A stretch of DNA of 64,000 nucleotides, from NCBI GenBank assembly GCA_001662655.1, contig KV460245.1, one strand, 5' to 3'. Source of the DNA: Pseudogymnoascus verrucosus (Eukaryota). Positions 27,509-40,716 of this stretch are shown one piece after another. The position numbers and the translations under genes are program-made. The notes under the pieces were generated by a model. The model did no database searches and was not told the origin of the DNA. It saw only the letters and a list, made by a program, of their open reading frames with translations. Position 1 is the first letter of the stretch. The number at the start of each line of letters is the position of its first letter.

Positions 27509-28550
27509 TCACTTGTCCAAGTTCCTGGCTTTGATGAACCTGTTGACTTGCTCCCGCGTACTCTTCTCGTTGTACTGCTCTTGGCATTCATAGAACGAAA
27601 TCATCTCCTGGATCGAGTCGACCATGGCTTCGATGTCCACGGTGCTCTCCGACAACCAGACTGAGAATCTCTGTATCTTCGTCCGCGAGGTTGCGGGGCC
27701 TTTTTCCGTGCCCGAGATGCCTCTTGCTTGGGTTGCATGCTTCAACGCTGCCTGAGCAGCCACCCCCAGACCGTTGCCTCCATTACTCGGTGTAGGTGGA
27801 GCTCCCGAGTTGCCGTTTGTCTGGAGGACTAGTACTAGTAGAATGGCCGTCAATGCAAGGATATGCGGCGCATACAGCAATGGCAAATCCGTCATGTAGT
27901 GGTCGTTTATAACTGACCACGCCAAATTGGATTCTTCCTGGGTATCAAAGAACTCGTCCTGTAGCGCCAACAGACTCCGGTAGGGCTGGTGGATAATCAT
28001 CTGAGAGTTCATTTCTGATATCAGGAAGAACTCGCACTCCCCCAGTTTTGATGTGTCGGAATTAAAGTAATCTGCGAATGGTATTAGCCCCAGCTTAGCT
28101 ATCGTCTCGAGGGTGATATATATACCTGGCCATAGAGAGCGAGCCTCGCTCACGACCAACCGGATATGCTGCGGAGATTCCTCCATTTTGCAAGCCAGGT
28201 ACACCGCGGTCGCTACCAGCAAGTATGGGTTCGTCCGCCGGATTTCGATCTTCGTGTAGAATCGCTTGATGTAGAGCTGGGCCGTGGCCATGGCTTGTTG
28301 TCTCACGGAAAGGCGCTTTCCAAGTCTCTTAACCTCTAAAACACAGATTGTTATTGCCATGAATCCCAACATCTCTCCAGGAGCACTCACGTTGGTTGAA
28401 GAAGATGCTGAGATGCCTCAGTGGAGGCAGCGGATACGTCTGGACGAGGTTCTTGTCCTCATCTTCCAGTTTCTGCCGAAGCCGGGCAAGCTCTTGTTTA
28501 GAGAACTGCCAGTGCTTTCGCTGTGTTGATTCCCAGTAGTTGGCCGCCAT
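27509..28550 (-). CDS. SSN8: Cyclin C, Mediator kinase module subunit
   Basis: MAANYWESTQRKHW N-terminus and cyclin box RQQAMATAQLYIKRFY...YLACKMEESPQHIR. Introns 28390-28336 and 28125-28072. Confidence 0.93.
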
Positions 28551-29245
28551 ATTTCTCCTCTTGACGTATGCTATGCGGATGGATGATCACAAGTTCAAAA
28601 GCCTTGCTGAGCAACAGCAAGCAACTTGATGAACAAGAAGAAATGTCTTGTCTGTAGCCTCCAAGCTACTTACATGCGGACCGGCATTCGCGATGAAGCC
28701 GGCATATATGCGCTATAGATATTGAAAAGGCACCTACAGAACGTTGTGTCTCGCAGGGCGACCACACCCAGGGGAAGGAGGGGTCCTAGGGAACACAAAG
28801 TCGATAAATGGTAATTGTTTGCGGGGGCGTTAGTTATACATGAAGAACTGTGACGATGACAACCAACAAAGATCCGTGTGGTTGTTTGAGAAGTGCCACT
28901 GATTGTAACTCAATCACTTGGGTCTGAGAGTGACATAGAGGGGCGATTAGATTGGAGCCAGCAATCTGAACGGGAGCACCCAGCTCAGGTGAGATTGAGG
29001 CTCCGCAAACCCCGGCGATTATTTTCGTCGCTAGAGGTCATTACGGTAAGCTCCAGACCTTGGTTTGCGCTACGTCCACCCAACTCTGACGAAACAGCGA
29101 AGGGCTATTTCAATGACTTGTAATCCGAACACTGGGATAACTTTTACGCTCGCCCACGACGACCGAGGTTGCTAATCTGATTTCATACTTGGTCTCGCAT
29201 CTCGATGATAGAGCTACTGTCTGCATACTGTCCACATGGACGGCC

Positions 29246-31552
29246 ATGACTTGGAAGAATCTTGCGACCTCTGTCAACATGGAGCTGTTGGAGTCTCAGA
29301 ACGAGAGGGATGCCCGTGTTGAGGATCTCTGGAGGCATCTCGACCCCAAGGAGACGGGGGAGATTGACCTGAAGGGCCTGCAAAGAGGCCTGAAGAAGTT
29401 GAACCACCGTCAGTTCCCGGATTGCCTCCCCGCGAAAGCTAAGCTAAACGAAACATAGCTCTCAAAAATGCAAACCATTTACTCGAGGATGTCATGAAGG
29501 CTGTGGATTCCAACGGGGATGGCAAGATTCAATACGAAGGTATGCGATGCGCTGGCACTGGAATGCTCCCAGATATCAAGAATGGCTGTGCTAACCCACA
29601 TGCGACAGAGTTCCGAACCTTCGTAGAGGAAACCGAAAGCCAATTATATTCGTTATTCAAATCGATCGATAAAAATAACGACGGAAAGCTCGTAAAGGAC
29701 GAATTAAAGGCCGCCTTCAAAGTCGCCGGCTTAACTGTACCACCAGCAAAGCTTGACGACTTTTTTGCGGGGGTTGATCGAGACAACTCGGGGGCGATAA
29801 CGTTCGACGAATGGAGGTAAGCATAACAAGTTTCAAGTTGTCATATCCGTACGATGTGAGCGCGCAACAATATGTATATATCTTGGTTGAGTTCATCATA
29901 TATGCCATGATGCTCACTTATTTCTTATTCACTTGGATTACCTCGGCTTTGTTAGCGCTAGATGGGGTGAACTCTAAAGTAGCAAGTGGCTATATAGCGT
30001 CAGACTTGATGAAATGGCGGCAGCTGACACTATGATTCAGGGACTTCCTCTTATTCCTACCGAATGACACACCAGGGCTTAAAGCAATCCTGTCATATTA
30101 TTCTTCTACAGTTGCGATAAATGCGGAGGGAGATACACAGTTGAGAGATGAATACATCGACAGTTTAGGTACTGCACCAAGTTTCTTTTCAGTCCTCTTC
30201 GGCTCTATATCTAGCATAGCACGACGTCCCGGCCAGCCACGTGAAAGTTCAACACCATCACCAGAGCCACCAGCAGAATCGAACTTGGATCATCAACAAC
30301 CACATTCGAGTCTACACTCAACCCCTCACACTCACAGCAGCGAAGAACAAGATACAGGTTATCTTGTGTCGCATCACTTCATGCCAGGTCAATTCCGACA
30401 CGTCGAGCCAGACTTTACAGATGATATTGACGCTACTCCACGTCTGAGGAAAAGGAAACATTCACGAATGATGAGACTAACATTTCTTTTGCCTGATCCA
30501 GGCTATTTTGCTGCTGGTGGCATTGCAGGTGTTATATCACGTACGGCGACTGCGCCACTCGACCGACTGAAGGTCTATCTCATTGCGAACACCGGCAACG
30601 TTAAAGATACACTTTCGGCTGCAAAGAAGGGAGATGCCGTTAAGGCAGTCAGACATGTCGGGCGGCCGCTCATTGATGCTACGAAAGAGCTCTGGAAGGC
30701 CGGGGGGATGAGGAGTCTTTTCGCAGGTATGTTATCAGTATCCGAGGTGAGGTGATGTTGAGGTTAATCAACGCAGGTAATGGGCTCAATGTGATTAAAG
30801 TCATGCCCGAATCCGCCATCAAATTCGGCTCTTATGAAGGTGCAAAACGTGCACTTGCGTCGTTTGAAGGCCATGGAGATCCGCAAAATATTAATGGGGT
30901 TTCCAAATTCATCGCCGGTGGGATGGGTGGCATGGTTTCGCAGTAAGTTGATTGTACTCATTTGCTTTATTATTTTTACTGAGTGATTTTCAGACTTTGT
31001 GTATATCCCTTGGACACATTAAAATTCCGCATGCAGTGTAATGTGGAGGCACACGGCCTCCGAGGCAACGCTCTGATTGTCTCCACCGCCAAGCAAATGA
31101 TCCGCGAAGGAGGGATGATGTCGGCATACCGCGGTCTCACCATGGGTCTCGTCGGAATGTTCCCCTACTCCGCCATAGATCTCGGGACCTTCGAGTTCCT
31201 CAAGTCATCGATTATTTCGTACAACGCCAAGAAGATGAATCTTCCCCTGGACCACCCAGATGTCTACCCGGGATCGTTCGCCACTGGTACTATCGGTGCT
31301 TTCTCTGGTGCTTTCGGTGCCTCCATCGTGTACCCCGTCAACCTTCTCCGCACTCGCCTTCAGGCCCAGGGAACCGTACTTCACCCCCAAACCTATACCG
31401 GTGTTGTCGACTGTGCCAGGAAAACCGTGGGGAAGGAAGGAGTCAGAGGCCTGTTCAAGGGCATTACCCCCAATCTTTTGAAAGTGGTGCCAGCAGTCAG
31501 CATCACTTACATGGTTTACGAGAACGCCAAGAAGGTCATGCACCTTCGTTAA
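29246..31552 (+). CDS. SAL1: Calcium-binding mitochondrial carrier (ATP-Mg/Pi carrier, Sal1/SCaMC type)
   Basis: EF-hands (DSNGDGKIQYEE, DKNNDGKL, DRDNSGAITFDE) and three carrier motifs (PLDRLK, PLDTLK, PVNLLRTR). Introns 29409-29458, 29540-29608, 29817-30040, probable 30169-30501, about 30727-30776 and about 30943-30993. Confidence 0.92.
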
Positions 31553-32007
31553 GCTTCTTTATTGCAGGCAGTCCTCTTGTCTAAGCTGTGGGATTAAATT
31601 TTATAATTCTGCAGGACTGAGAAAGCGGGCTTGAATATTTCTGGGGAAACCCTCGTAGCGAGCGAAGGGATACCTCTTGCAGTTTATTAAGGCGGTTGAG
31701 TTTGAAGTTTGAAGGTGCGGAGGGAGATGTATGTGTGTAGCAAAGGGATGATACAAAGATACCGTTGGGGTAGCATTTAGCGGGGCGTTTGGGCTGGCGG
31801 TTGTGGTCTGGCGTTTTAGACAAAGTCTGGATAGTAGCAGCCTACGGGTTTTGCATTTGTGGAGAAATAGAGCCTGATGTATGGAGATGTGCGAGTGTAT
31901 TTGTGAATGTACTTGTCGTTGGTGCTTGCCCTCCTTTTGTATGCCAGCAAGTTGCTGATTCGAGAGCCTCTCCACCCCTTATATTGTGCCATACTCAAAG
32001 AACAATC

Positions 32008-32068
32008 ACATACGACCATAGACTCAAGAGAATTGGGCATCCCGTCCGCTCTGCCATACACAGGCTTG
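32008..32068 (+). rRNA. 5' half of an interrupted 5S rRNA gene
   Basis: ACATACGACCATAGACTCAAGAGAATTGGGCATCCCGTCCGCTCTGCCATACACAGGCTTG matches the ascomycete 5S 5' half. A TATA-like TTATATT lies ~28 nt upstream. Similarity breaks after 32068. Confidence 0.9.
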
Positions 32069-32329
32069 TAATTCAGTGGATAGATGCTCTCAATCGTGCC
32101 AATAGGCATAGTGTGGAATCTGAGCCCCTTGCCGCCTTAATGGGTGAAGCGAGGGTGAGGCGACGCACCGTTTTCGTGTCAATGTCGTGTCAGTCTCGCG
32201 TCAATTTCGTAATAGTATGCCTTGCTCTTATTTTCTGTGATCTACCATTTATGAGCCATAAATCTAAGCCACGTAAACTAAGCCCCAAAAAGTGCACATG
32301 CAGAGGTGCAACATTAAGACCACAAGTAG

Positions 32330-33182
32330 CTAAAGCGGGTGAGTCGTGTTCACCAAGCTCTTCGCCAAAGCGTCGCAATCGAGATTCCCAGTCGAGTTAA
32401 CCATAATTGAATGCCCCGTTTTGTTGAGAGCGGGAAAATCAAGACCAGAATGTCAGATTAGTCTTATCCGCTCAAAAGCTAGGTGGGGTGCCGGGGGGGG
32501 ATAAGATAGCACTCACGTATCGATTTCGCCATAAATTTTTATGCTATCAACGTCAGCTAGACTTAGAAAAGTCAGGTTGATGGCTGGCCCTCCCGTAGAG
32601 TTGAGAAGTAGGTCAAGGTTAATGTGTCTAAGCTTTAGCAAATTCAAGCTCGTGATCGAAGCCGCATCATCGATGGCCATGCTAATGGTGATATTAACAA
32701 GGTCGGGTAGATCGTTGATAGTAACATTAGTAGGTAATAGGAGGCTGTTGTCCCAATAGGTTCCACTATAGGTGCCTCTAATCCTAAGACCAGATAGCTT
32801 AGTTAAGCCGGGCACTTCTAGCGGCCCTGCGTAGTTATGAGACGTAATTAGGTGGCTTAAGTGTTTACGACAATCAGCGGGAACGGGCTCATTTGTGCCA
32901 TCAATCATAAACCACCTTACACCGTGAAGCGTAGCATCACATTCGTAGGTAGTTTCTGCGCAGCGGACAAACAAGGCCACATCTTCTGTGACATCAAAGT
33001 AGAACTCCGCATCTGTAGTTTTAGAGATATTTTCCAAAGTAGGACCGACTCCGTATCTGTGTATCCGTAAATTAGTCAGGGAAACATCAAACTAGGGTAA
33101 ACAAGAGGCACGTACTATAGGGAGCAATCGCGGCTGTAAGGCTCACGATAGACACGCCAACAAGATAGCGGCAGCACATCAT
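32330..33182 (-). pseudogene. Degenerate Ecm33/Sps2-like (receptor L-domain) cell-surface protein
   Basis: Signal-like start MMCCRYLVGVSIVSLTAAIAP, L-domain-like repeats (DLPDLVNI, SLNLLKLRHI, LTFLSLADV) and STGNLDCDAL. Second intron acceptor reads TGG instead of AG, followed by a frameshift and a premature TAG at 32332-32330. TA-rich. Confidence 0.55.
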
Positions 33183-33824
33183 CTTTCTGAAGCCGTAAGT
33201 CGCTCGCCCTCTAGAGGTGATATATTATTAGCTCACGCATGTTTTTGAGATTTGAACCCTTCTCTAGTTCTCCATAACGACATAACTCTTGCTAACTGCA
33301 CCACGGGAGGCATTGGTAGATAATTTAGCTGCGCAGGTTTTATTGAGGCAATCATTAACAACCTGGCCGACGTCTTTAATTCTCCTGCAGTGGCACATAT
33401 GACGGACGCGCTTACATCAGAAACTGCAGCCGAGCCTCATGACTCAAAGCTCGAAGAAAAGATGAAAGAGGGTTGCAGTGTCTTGTTGCCGCGGCACCTC
33501 GTTAGCAATCCAAAACAAGATTTGGCTAGTAATTAAGGGTAACTAACATCCTTAACGTCTCTTACAGCAAAAATTGAAACTTCGAGTGCGTATTCTATAG
33601 AGTGTTAACTGATGGCGCGTCGTGCAGCTATGGTACAAAACAAATACTGATTCTGGTGACTGTTATGAAGTCTGTCCCAAGATCATTTCATTCTATCTAG
33701 AGCACATATTCATTTTTCAATGTTGATTCATACCAATACCTAATAAAGTAGTTCGAATAAATTGAAACCTATAATCTCCTCGAATTCTCCTTCATTTCCC
33801 GCATTTCGGTTGCTTTGCTCGAGC

Positions 33825-34489
33825 TCATACCCTCGGACATTCAAATCCCCCAAAAATTGTCTCAAAGTCATACTCATTCCATCTAACTACCGGTTTCAGC
33901 CCCGCCCACCTCCACTCCCACCGCCCCTGGTCCCCCTCCACATCCTTAATCCACACCCTCCTGAAGTAAAACTCATTGGTTGCATGGCTATGTCCCCTCT
34001 GCTTCTCCACCTTATGGGTCTCATCTTCAAACCGCAGATGTCCCGCTCTCAACTGTTGTCTCGCAATCACAAAATCGTCATCGACTTTCTCCCACTCACA
34101 CGCACCAAGGAGATGCTGCGTCTTCAGCAATGGATCACCGAGGAAACCCGGAGAGCTCATCATGGCGACGAACGATTCCGCTGCCATGGAGGGATACGAC
34201 TCTCCCGAAACTTGGGTATAGTCGATCAACAAGACTGGCGCGAGGATGCGAGAGAGTCGGGCCCAGTCTTTGCTGTCATAACTGTCCGCCCAGTGGAAGA
34301 GGAGGGAGGAGAGGGCGAGGTGTTCTGTCGGCTTGCGTCAGCGAAAGGACAAATTGTCAAAAGATGGTGAGAGGGGAGGAGTAAATTGGAAAGAAAGGGA
34401 GACGGACCCTCGAAAGTGATCTGTTTCTTTCCTTTCTTGGAATCAATAGGTGAACTTATGGCGGACCCATTTGCAAAATTCAACCCCAT
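33825..34489 (-). CDS. SCD1: Scytalone dehydratase
   Basis: Intron 34407-34325 gives WADSYDSKDWARLSRILAPVLLIDY, followed by FLGDPLLKTQHLLG, GHSHATN and WAGLKPVVRWNEYDF. Start may extend to 34537. Confidence 0.92.
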
Positions 34490-36199
34490 CAAGCCACCAA
34501 GGCTGTTGCGTAAAAGTGATACAATAGTCAGAATCATGGTCTTGTTGTCTTACGGGGGGGTTTTTTTTGTCGTTGAAGATGTCAACTTTCTGGCTCAGGT
34601 TTTGATGTCCAGGGAATATATTTATATCCATCTCTAACCACTCTACCAAGAAAAGTAGAATGTAACGGAGTTCATGGACCGGACCTAGTGGAGAACACAG
34701 CCCCAGCTCCCACATCTCAATCCCAATGCCTAGTTGGCAAGTACCCCGATGCCTAATCCCACTGTGCCCCGAGGACCTTACATGTCGCCATCGGCCCACC
34801 AGTCTCATGTCCGGATCCGGTATAGGTGCATTGATATCAACAACGAAACAGCAGATAAAGTAGCCACCATATCGTATCTCGGATTTTCGTGTAGGCGCCC
34901 CCTGCTTCCTGGCACTTGTTGCTGAACGGGCACTTTCCAAACCAACGTTGTCCCTACGTGTCCCGGGCCATGATACTCATCCTGTTCCCTTGACCTTTTG
35001 TCATAATGATGCTACATCGACATCTCTGGCAGTTGTATCGATTCGGTCAATGAGGACTTGCTGCCTAAAGCGTCAATCCTTCGCTTCCTCACGTCATCTA
35101 ATCCAAATCCTTAGTCACCGAGACATACTCCGTATTCATTCTGAGTCGGAACCTTGCTGGGAAGACGGGAATTTGTAGGATTTCTACGAAGGGATGTTTT
35201 CAATCATGAAGATCGTACATTCCAGATGCGGTCGCGCGGATCCGGCAGTACAAGCTTCAGACTATTGTGATTCTGGCTCGGAACATCAACGGCACTTATG
35301 GAATAATTCGGCTCTAGGATGCATCACGACCCTGAAGGCTCAACCACTCCCAAATGCGAACCTGTGACGTCTATATAGGGATGAGCTGTCAAGCTGTCAT
35401 ATTGCATGGGACGGGATCGTGGGCTAAAAGCGGGTTGTCGCCTAGTGGATTGCTTGAACCCGATTCTACCCCTGCTCACCAACGTTTCTCCGTGGCCCAA
35501 TCACGCGCTTTCCCTGCTTTCTGGGAAAGCGCGTGATTGGGCCATTTGAACCACTTACTCCATAAATGATGGTTAGTTATTCGACGAATGTCAAGAAACA
35601 GCCCATCGGCAATCGATCGATGAAGATCTATAAATGGCTTATTGCTTGCTAAGGTGTGCCCGCTGCAGAGCGAAAGAAGTGACGTCAGGACGGTTCAGCG
35701 ATAATCCTAAGAGTTGCGCGGCTGAGACTGGTGCAACCGACTATTGACGCCTTGGGCCCAACTGTGGATGGCGGCGCCGCGACGCAGCCGTCCACGGTCG
35801 GTTGAAACGGCCCCAGCTTCGGGCCGGGAATAGTCGGCGTGAGTCGGGCCTCGAGGTGTGGGCAGGACGATTGTAGGGGCATTACATGTCCCCTGTGCAG
35901 TTTCGTAGTACTTATATGAGTATACTCGGAGTATGTAGGTACGAGACTACATGGAACTCCTAGGGCTCGAAATACCATTTGCGTCTGCTTTGATTTCCGC
36001 ACTTTCAAACGAATCTTTCAAATGCCGGCTGCTCCTTGTGCAGGTGCATGCTCACCGTGATATTGTAATATTGGCAAATGTCAGGGTGGACATAGTCGAA
36101 ATTGTAACCATCGCTCAAGTTGTCAATTTACTCTATCCTTACGAGCTGCTACCCTCTCCTGTCTTTTTCTTGAATCTCGGAAACCACACCATCCTCAAC

Positions 36200-39157
36200 A
36201 TGATCTTTTGTACCTATTGCGGTAAAAGGTTCACGAGAAAGGAGCATTTGGAAAGGCATATACCAAGTCGTGCGTATCCTCGTTACATCTAGGCTGCTTA
36301 ACATGCTGAGAAGTAGAAGATACAAATGTAAAACCTCACAGATGCAAATCGTGCCAACTTTCGTTCGCGAGAAGGTAAGTTCATATCACATCACTCATGA
36401 ACGAATCGTTTTTGATGATTACGCAGAGATCTTCTGCAGCGCCATTACTCGACATACCATGAAATAGGAGATCCATCTCTCCTACTTCCAGCGTCTATTC
36501 AAACCGTTGCTGGACGAACATCCATCGCTTGCCTCAACTGTGCGAGTGCAAAGACTAGCTGTGACAAGCGTGTACCATGCGCAAGGTGTGCGGATAAATC
36601 GCTGCCATGTGAAGCAAGGTTTACGCGACGACCATCAACTCTGATGGTGAAAGCAATAGCCACGTCTGAAGCCTCCAAACAAGCTCCAGAATCAACGGAA
36701 CCCAAACCACCACAGCATTCCGCTATCTCTACTCCACTAGAAAATAATGATATGGTTATTGACCCTCGTTTACATTCGGCTCCTGCGATGGAAATTGCAT
36801 CACCTACGCCCCAAATATACAGCACTAGTACCTCCGGCGAGCCAGGGTCAACGAGAATTGGTGGCTTCGATGGCTTTGTGCAATACAACGACGGAATTGC
36901 GAGTCCTGTCTTGAATTATCAAGATCCGCTCACATGGGACGATTTATCCATGGATATGAACTTTTATGGTAATCTCACATCTGTGCCACCCGAAAACATG
37001 CATCCGGTGTATTCAGCTCAAGGCGACATCTCGTCGGGTTCTGACATAAGCTCTAGCTCAATACAATATCAACCATCGATATCACATACAAGCAGCTGCA
37101 GTATAAGTTCAGTTGGCGATGTCGACATGGGAAATGTGCCACCATCCAAGCGGGCCAAGCTGTCTCATCGTGCTGTTGCACCTGGAGTTCAAGAACCCCT
37201 GGCTACAGAGCAAGCTTGGCCATTAGCACGGTGTAATCCGCCCACATTCTCGGACTCCTGCTCACGTACGACTATTGTTCATCTTGAGAGACTGGGACAA
37301 ATCTCTAAACATGAACGTGCTTGGGATTCCCTAGACTTGGAGCCTGACCTAGCTATGTCTGCATCAGATTTCATTAATGTCGAGCCTATTAACTCCGGCA
37401 CCCGCGATACTCTTAATGCCAATACGCTAGGTTTTCTGTATCGCGCCTTGAAAACACGTCAGGGTGGTTTCACGAACAAATGCCAGAATGACCACTATCT
37501 CAGTCCAGCAAATTTCAGCTCTCGTCTTCTCCCACCAACGAATATGTTGGAGTATTTTCTCCTGAAATATACTCTTAATTTATCGAAATATTATTCGCTC
37601 GATGCTAGGGGAAGAATCGACCCTAACGAGCTCATCCACGGTAACCATACTTCTACTCTCCTCATCCTCCTCATGATCGGCCAAGGCGCTTCGATGTCAA
37701 GGTCAACAGAAGCTCGCTGTCTGTCAGCTGCTTTGACAGAAATCTGTAGGATATTGCTCTTTGATATCATTGAACAAGATATCGAGCTCAGCGCTGACCT
37801 GACTGTTCTGCGATGTGCGCTATTATTTACGATGCTCGGTTCGTGGAGTGGGGATAAATGGCATATGGATATTGCGATGGGACAGCGCGGAATGTATCTC
37901 ACTATGCTGAAACGCGCTGGGATGTTGGATCCGCCAGATATTTCGGTGCCGAGGTTAGGTGGGAGTTCAAACGTGGATGCACAATGGCGCGCTTGGGTAG
38001 AGGCCGAAACTCGGAGTCGGTGAGGATCCTGCCTAGATCTCCTATCTACTTTCGGTGACTGACTGATACTTGACAGACTAGTATACGACTGGGTCCTGCT
38101 CGATCAAGAAATATCGCTTTTCCACGACATGTCAACCATCCTCTCCATCTCCGAGCTGCACGCACTCCTCCCTCACCCCAGCCCCTATTTATTCTCCGCT
38201 TCCTCCGTCCATGCCTGGTCGACGCTCCTCTCCTCATCCTCAACATCACATATCCGGACGTCCCTCCATGAACTCTTCCAAGACTTCCTCCACGACCATC
38301 TCCAGTATTCCGCGTCCCTTACGCCACTAACACTACGCCTCCTCCTCCACCCAATCCAAAGCCTTCTCTATGAAGTCCGGCAACTTCTAACTTGCTTCTC
38401 AGAGGTCCTCTCCACGCGGCGCTCCTCAACACGGACCCCCACCAAAGCTTCAACCCTCATACGTCTCGAAGAAGTCCAATCCCTACTGCAAAAATGGTAC
38501 AACCTGCACCTTTCCCTTCCCCCCTCCGTTTCTGGGTCGGCCCACGACTCGACCAAAACTACAAATCTGATCCTATATCACCTGATCAGCCTTAACGCAC
38601 ACACCTCCTTCACATCCCTGGAGCGCCTTGCGCGCCGTGCTCCCGCCACGCTTGCCACAGCGAACCCACACTGGGATCTCAGCCTGGAGCACAAAAAGTG
38701 CATCTTTGACAGCTTCTCCGCGCTTTTCCATGCAGGGCAGATTCTGCGCCTGGTGACCCTCTTCGACTCCCTAGATCGCACGCCGCCGTGGGCCTCCCTC
38801 GCCGTCTACCGCGCCAGCCTGATCCTCTGGTTTGACGTCCTCGCTACGTCTGATCCGAGCTTCCAGCTGCGGACTGCGGAGGGTCCAATTGTGGTGATTA
38901 ATGAGAGCATGGCCGATGATGCGGCGTTAATGTGCTGGCTATTGAAGAGGGAGGGGTTGCCGGTGCTAAGGGGCCGAGATGGCAGCATGTGCAAGTTGCA
39001 AAATCCAGAGGTGGTTTTGGAGGCTTGCATTAGGTTTGTGGGTGGGATGGATGAGGGAGGGAATCAGAGGGGAGGAAGGCTCGCAGATGGGATTGTGAGG
39101 AAATTACAGACGTTAAAGGGGAATTGGCATGGTGCTGGAGGCCTGCATGGCCCATAA
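36200..39157 (+). CDS. CMR1: Cmr1/Pig1/Amr1-family transcription factor (2x C2H2 plus Zn2Cys6)
   Basis: Spliced N-terminus MIFCTYCGKRFTRKEHLERHIPSHTNVKPHRCKSCQLSFARRDLLQRH and Zn cluster CLNCASAKTSCDKRVPCARCADKSLPC. Introns 36270-36319, 36375-36426 and 38020-38076. Confidence 0.9.
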
Positions 39158-40251
39158 TATACGTGTTTTTCGATCAATCTTGCTTTTGTTTCTTGCGGGA
39201 CGAAGAATTCATTTGTGGGGTTGAACGGAAGCCCCTGCATGACGTACATCTATATTTGGAGGGCGGATCTTCAGAAAGCTGATGACACAGAAACATTCGC
39301 AGCGTATGATTACTTTATGAGTCTACAAATCTATTAATCTCAACGATCATCCTTTCCCAACCCCACTTTTTCAATACTACCTATTTATCAATCACATTGC
39401 AATATGAGCCTCCCCACGTAAGCACATATTGAACTACAGGCCTACTGGTCCACTACGAAGGCTCTTGACTACGGATGAACAGACTACAGGTTCAATCTCT
39501 GCGTAGGTCATCGGTTTGCCCTCTCAGTCTCATGGAATCTATTCAATCAGAGCATGGTGGCTTGTTTTCCTCAATTTTTATACGTTCTCGAATTCGGCTG
39601 GTGGAAGAGCGCGGCTGAAAAATACGGCTTCTTGGGAGATTGAAATGTGTCCGATGGTTAGTATTTCTTGCATGCCGTATTGTACGAAGTCAATGAGAAG
39701 GTGTCACGCACGCCACGACATGAAGAGGTTACATTTCAGATCTAACATCACCTAATATACACAGGAATGCTTGCAGATATACAGAGAAAATGCGTTGGCT
39801 AAGTCTGCTTCTTGTCATCAATATATTTATCTAGAGGGACGGGTATTAGTTTCTGGATGAATACTAGGAATTGGTCCTGAGCAATACTACTGTATTTTCC
39901 TGTCGTTGACTCGGCTCTAAGATAGAACTATGACAGAGGGAAGCGAACGAAAGAAATTGCACGAAACTTCTACATTAACATCTTCACTTGTTAAATATTC
40001 AATGTTCTACTCCATCGCAGTCGAATTGTGTTCAAAGTTGGAAGATCACGTGCAACCGGACGAAGCACTTGTTCTCTCATCATGGCTGGTGGTCTTACAT
40101 TCCCAGTTCATACACCAACTTACTTATGGCCTTATCTACCTAGCTCTTTCGCCGGATGTTTCCTATTCTCGGTCAACCGCCCTAGTAATCCGTTCTACGT
40201 CACTCACCACCAAGTCCCTCCCGGCCCGTCCAAGCCCGGAAGTCCGTCAGC

Positions 40252-40309
40252 AAGTCCGCTGGGGAAGTCCGCTGGGGAAGCCCGCTGGGGAAGTCCGTTG
40301 GGGAAGTCC
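40252..40309 (+). repeat. 13-bp tandem array (AAGTCCGCTGGGG x4 plus partial) upstream of the reductase
   Basis: Units at 40252, 40265, 40278 (AAGCCCG variant), 40291 (GTTGGGG variant) and a partial unit at 40304. Confidence 0.85.
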
Positions 40310-40716
40310 TCTGCCTTCGGACAGCGGCTCTGCTGCACAACCTCCATCGTTAGCCCTCTCTGCTCCCAAAGAAGGACTGCGCGCAGCTCTATGGACTCCG
40401 GGAAAAGGGAACCGGACGAGTCAGTTTGGGGAAAGGGGAAGGCAAATGCTGTCATTAACGGATAAGGGAAGAGAGACTGTGCGGACTTCAAATGCGACGC
40501 ACGAGACGGACGGAATAGGACGTTTTCGAAGCCGATGACATAAACACATCTGCTCAAGATGGTGATATATACCTCGACACTAGAAGATTACGCCTTCAAA
40601 CCGAGTGACGAGTAATTCGAGACTTAAAGAGCTACTTTTCGCATATCATCCTTCCCCATTTATGCAACTTTAGGCCTCAACAGCGACATCTACAATACAT
40701 CAAAACTTTCAAAATC

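Noticed and set aside
28072..28125. 54-nt in-frame stop-free intron in SSN8
   Set aside because: Short enough to be stop-free by chance; retention would disrupt the cyclin fold.
35730..35830. GC-rich imperfect stem-loop upstream of the Cmr1-like gene
   Set aside because: Short arms with mismatches in GC-rich DNA; not enough to call an ncRNA.
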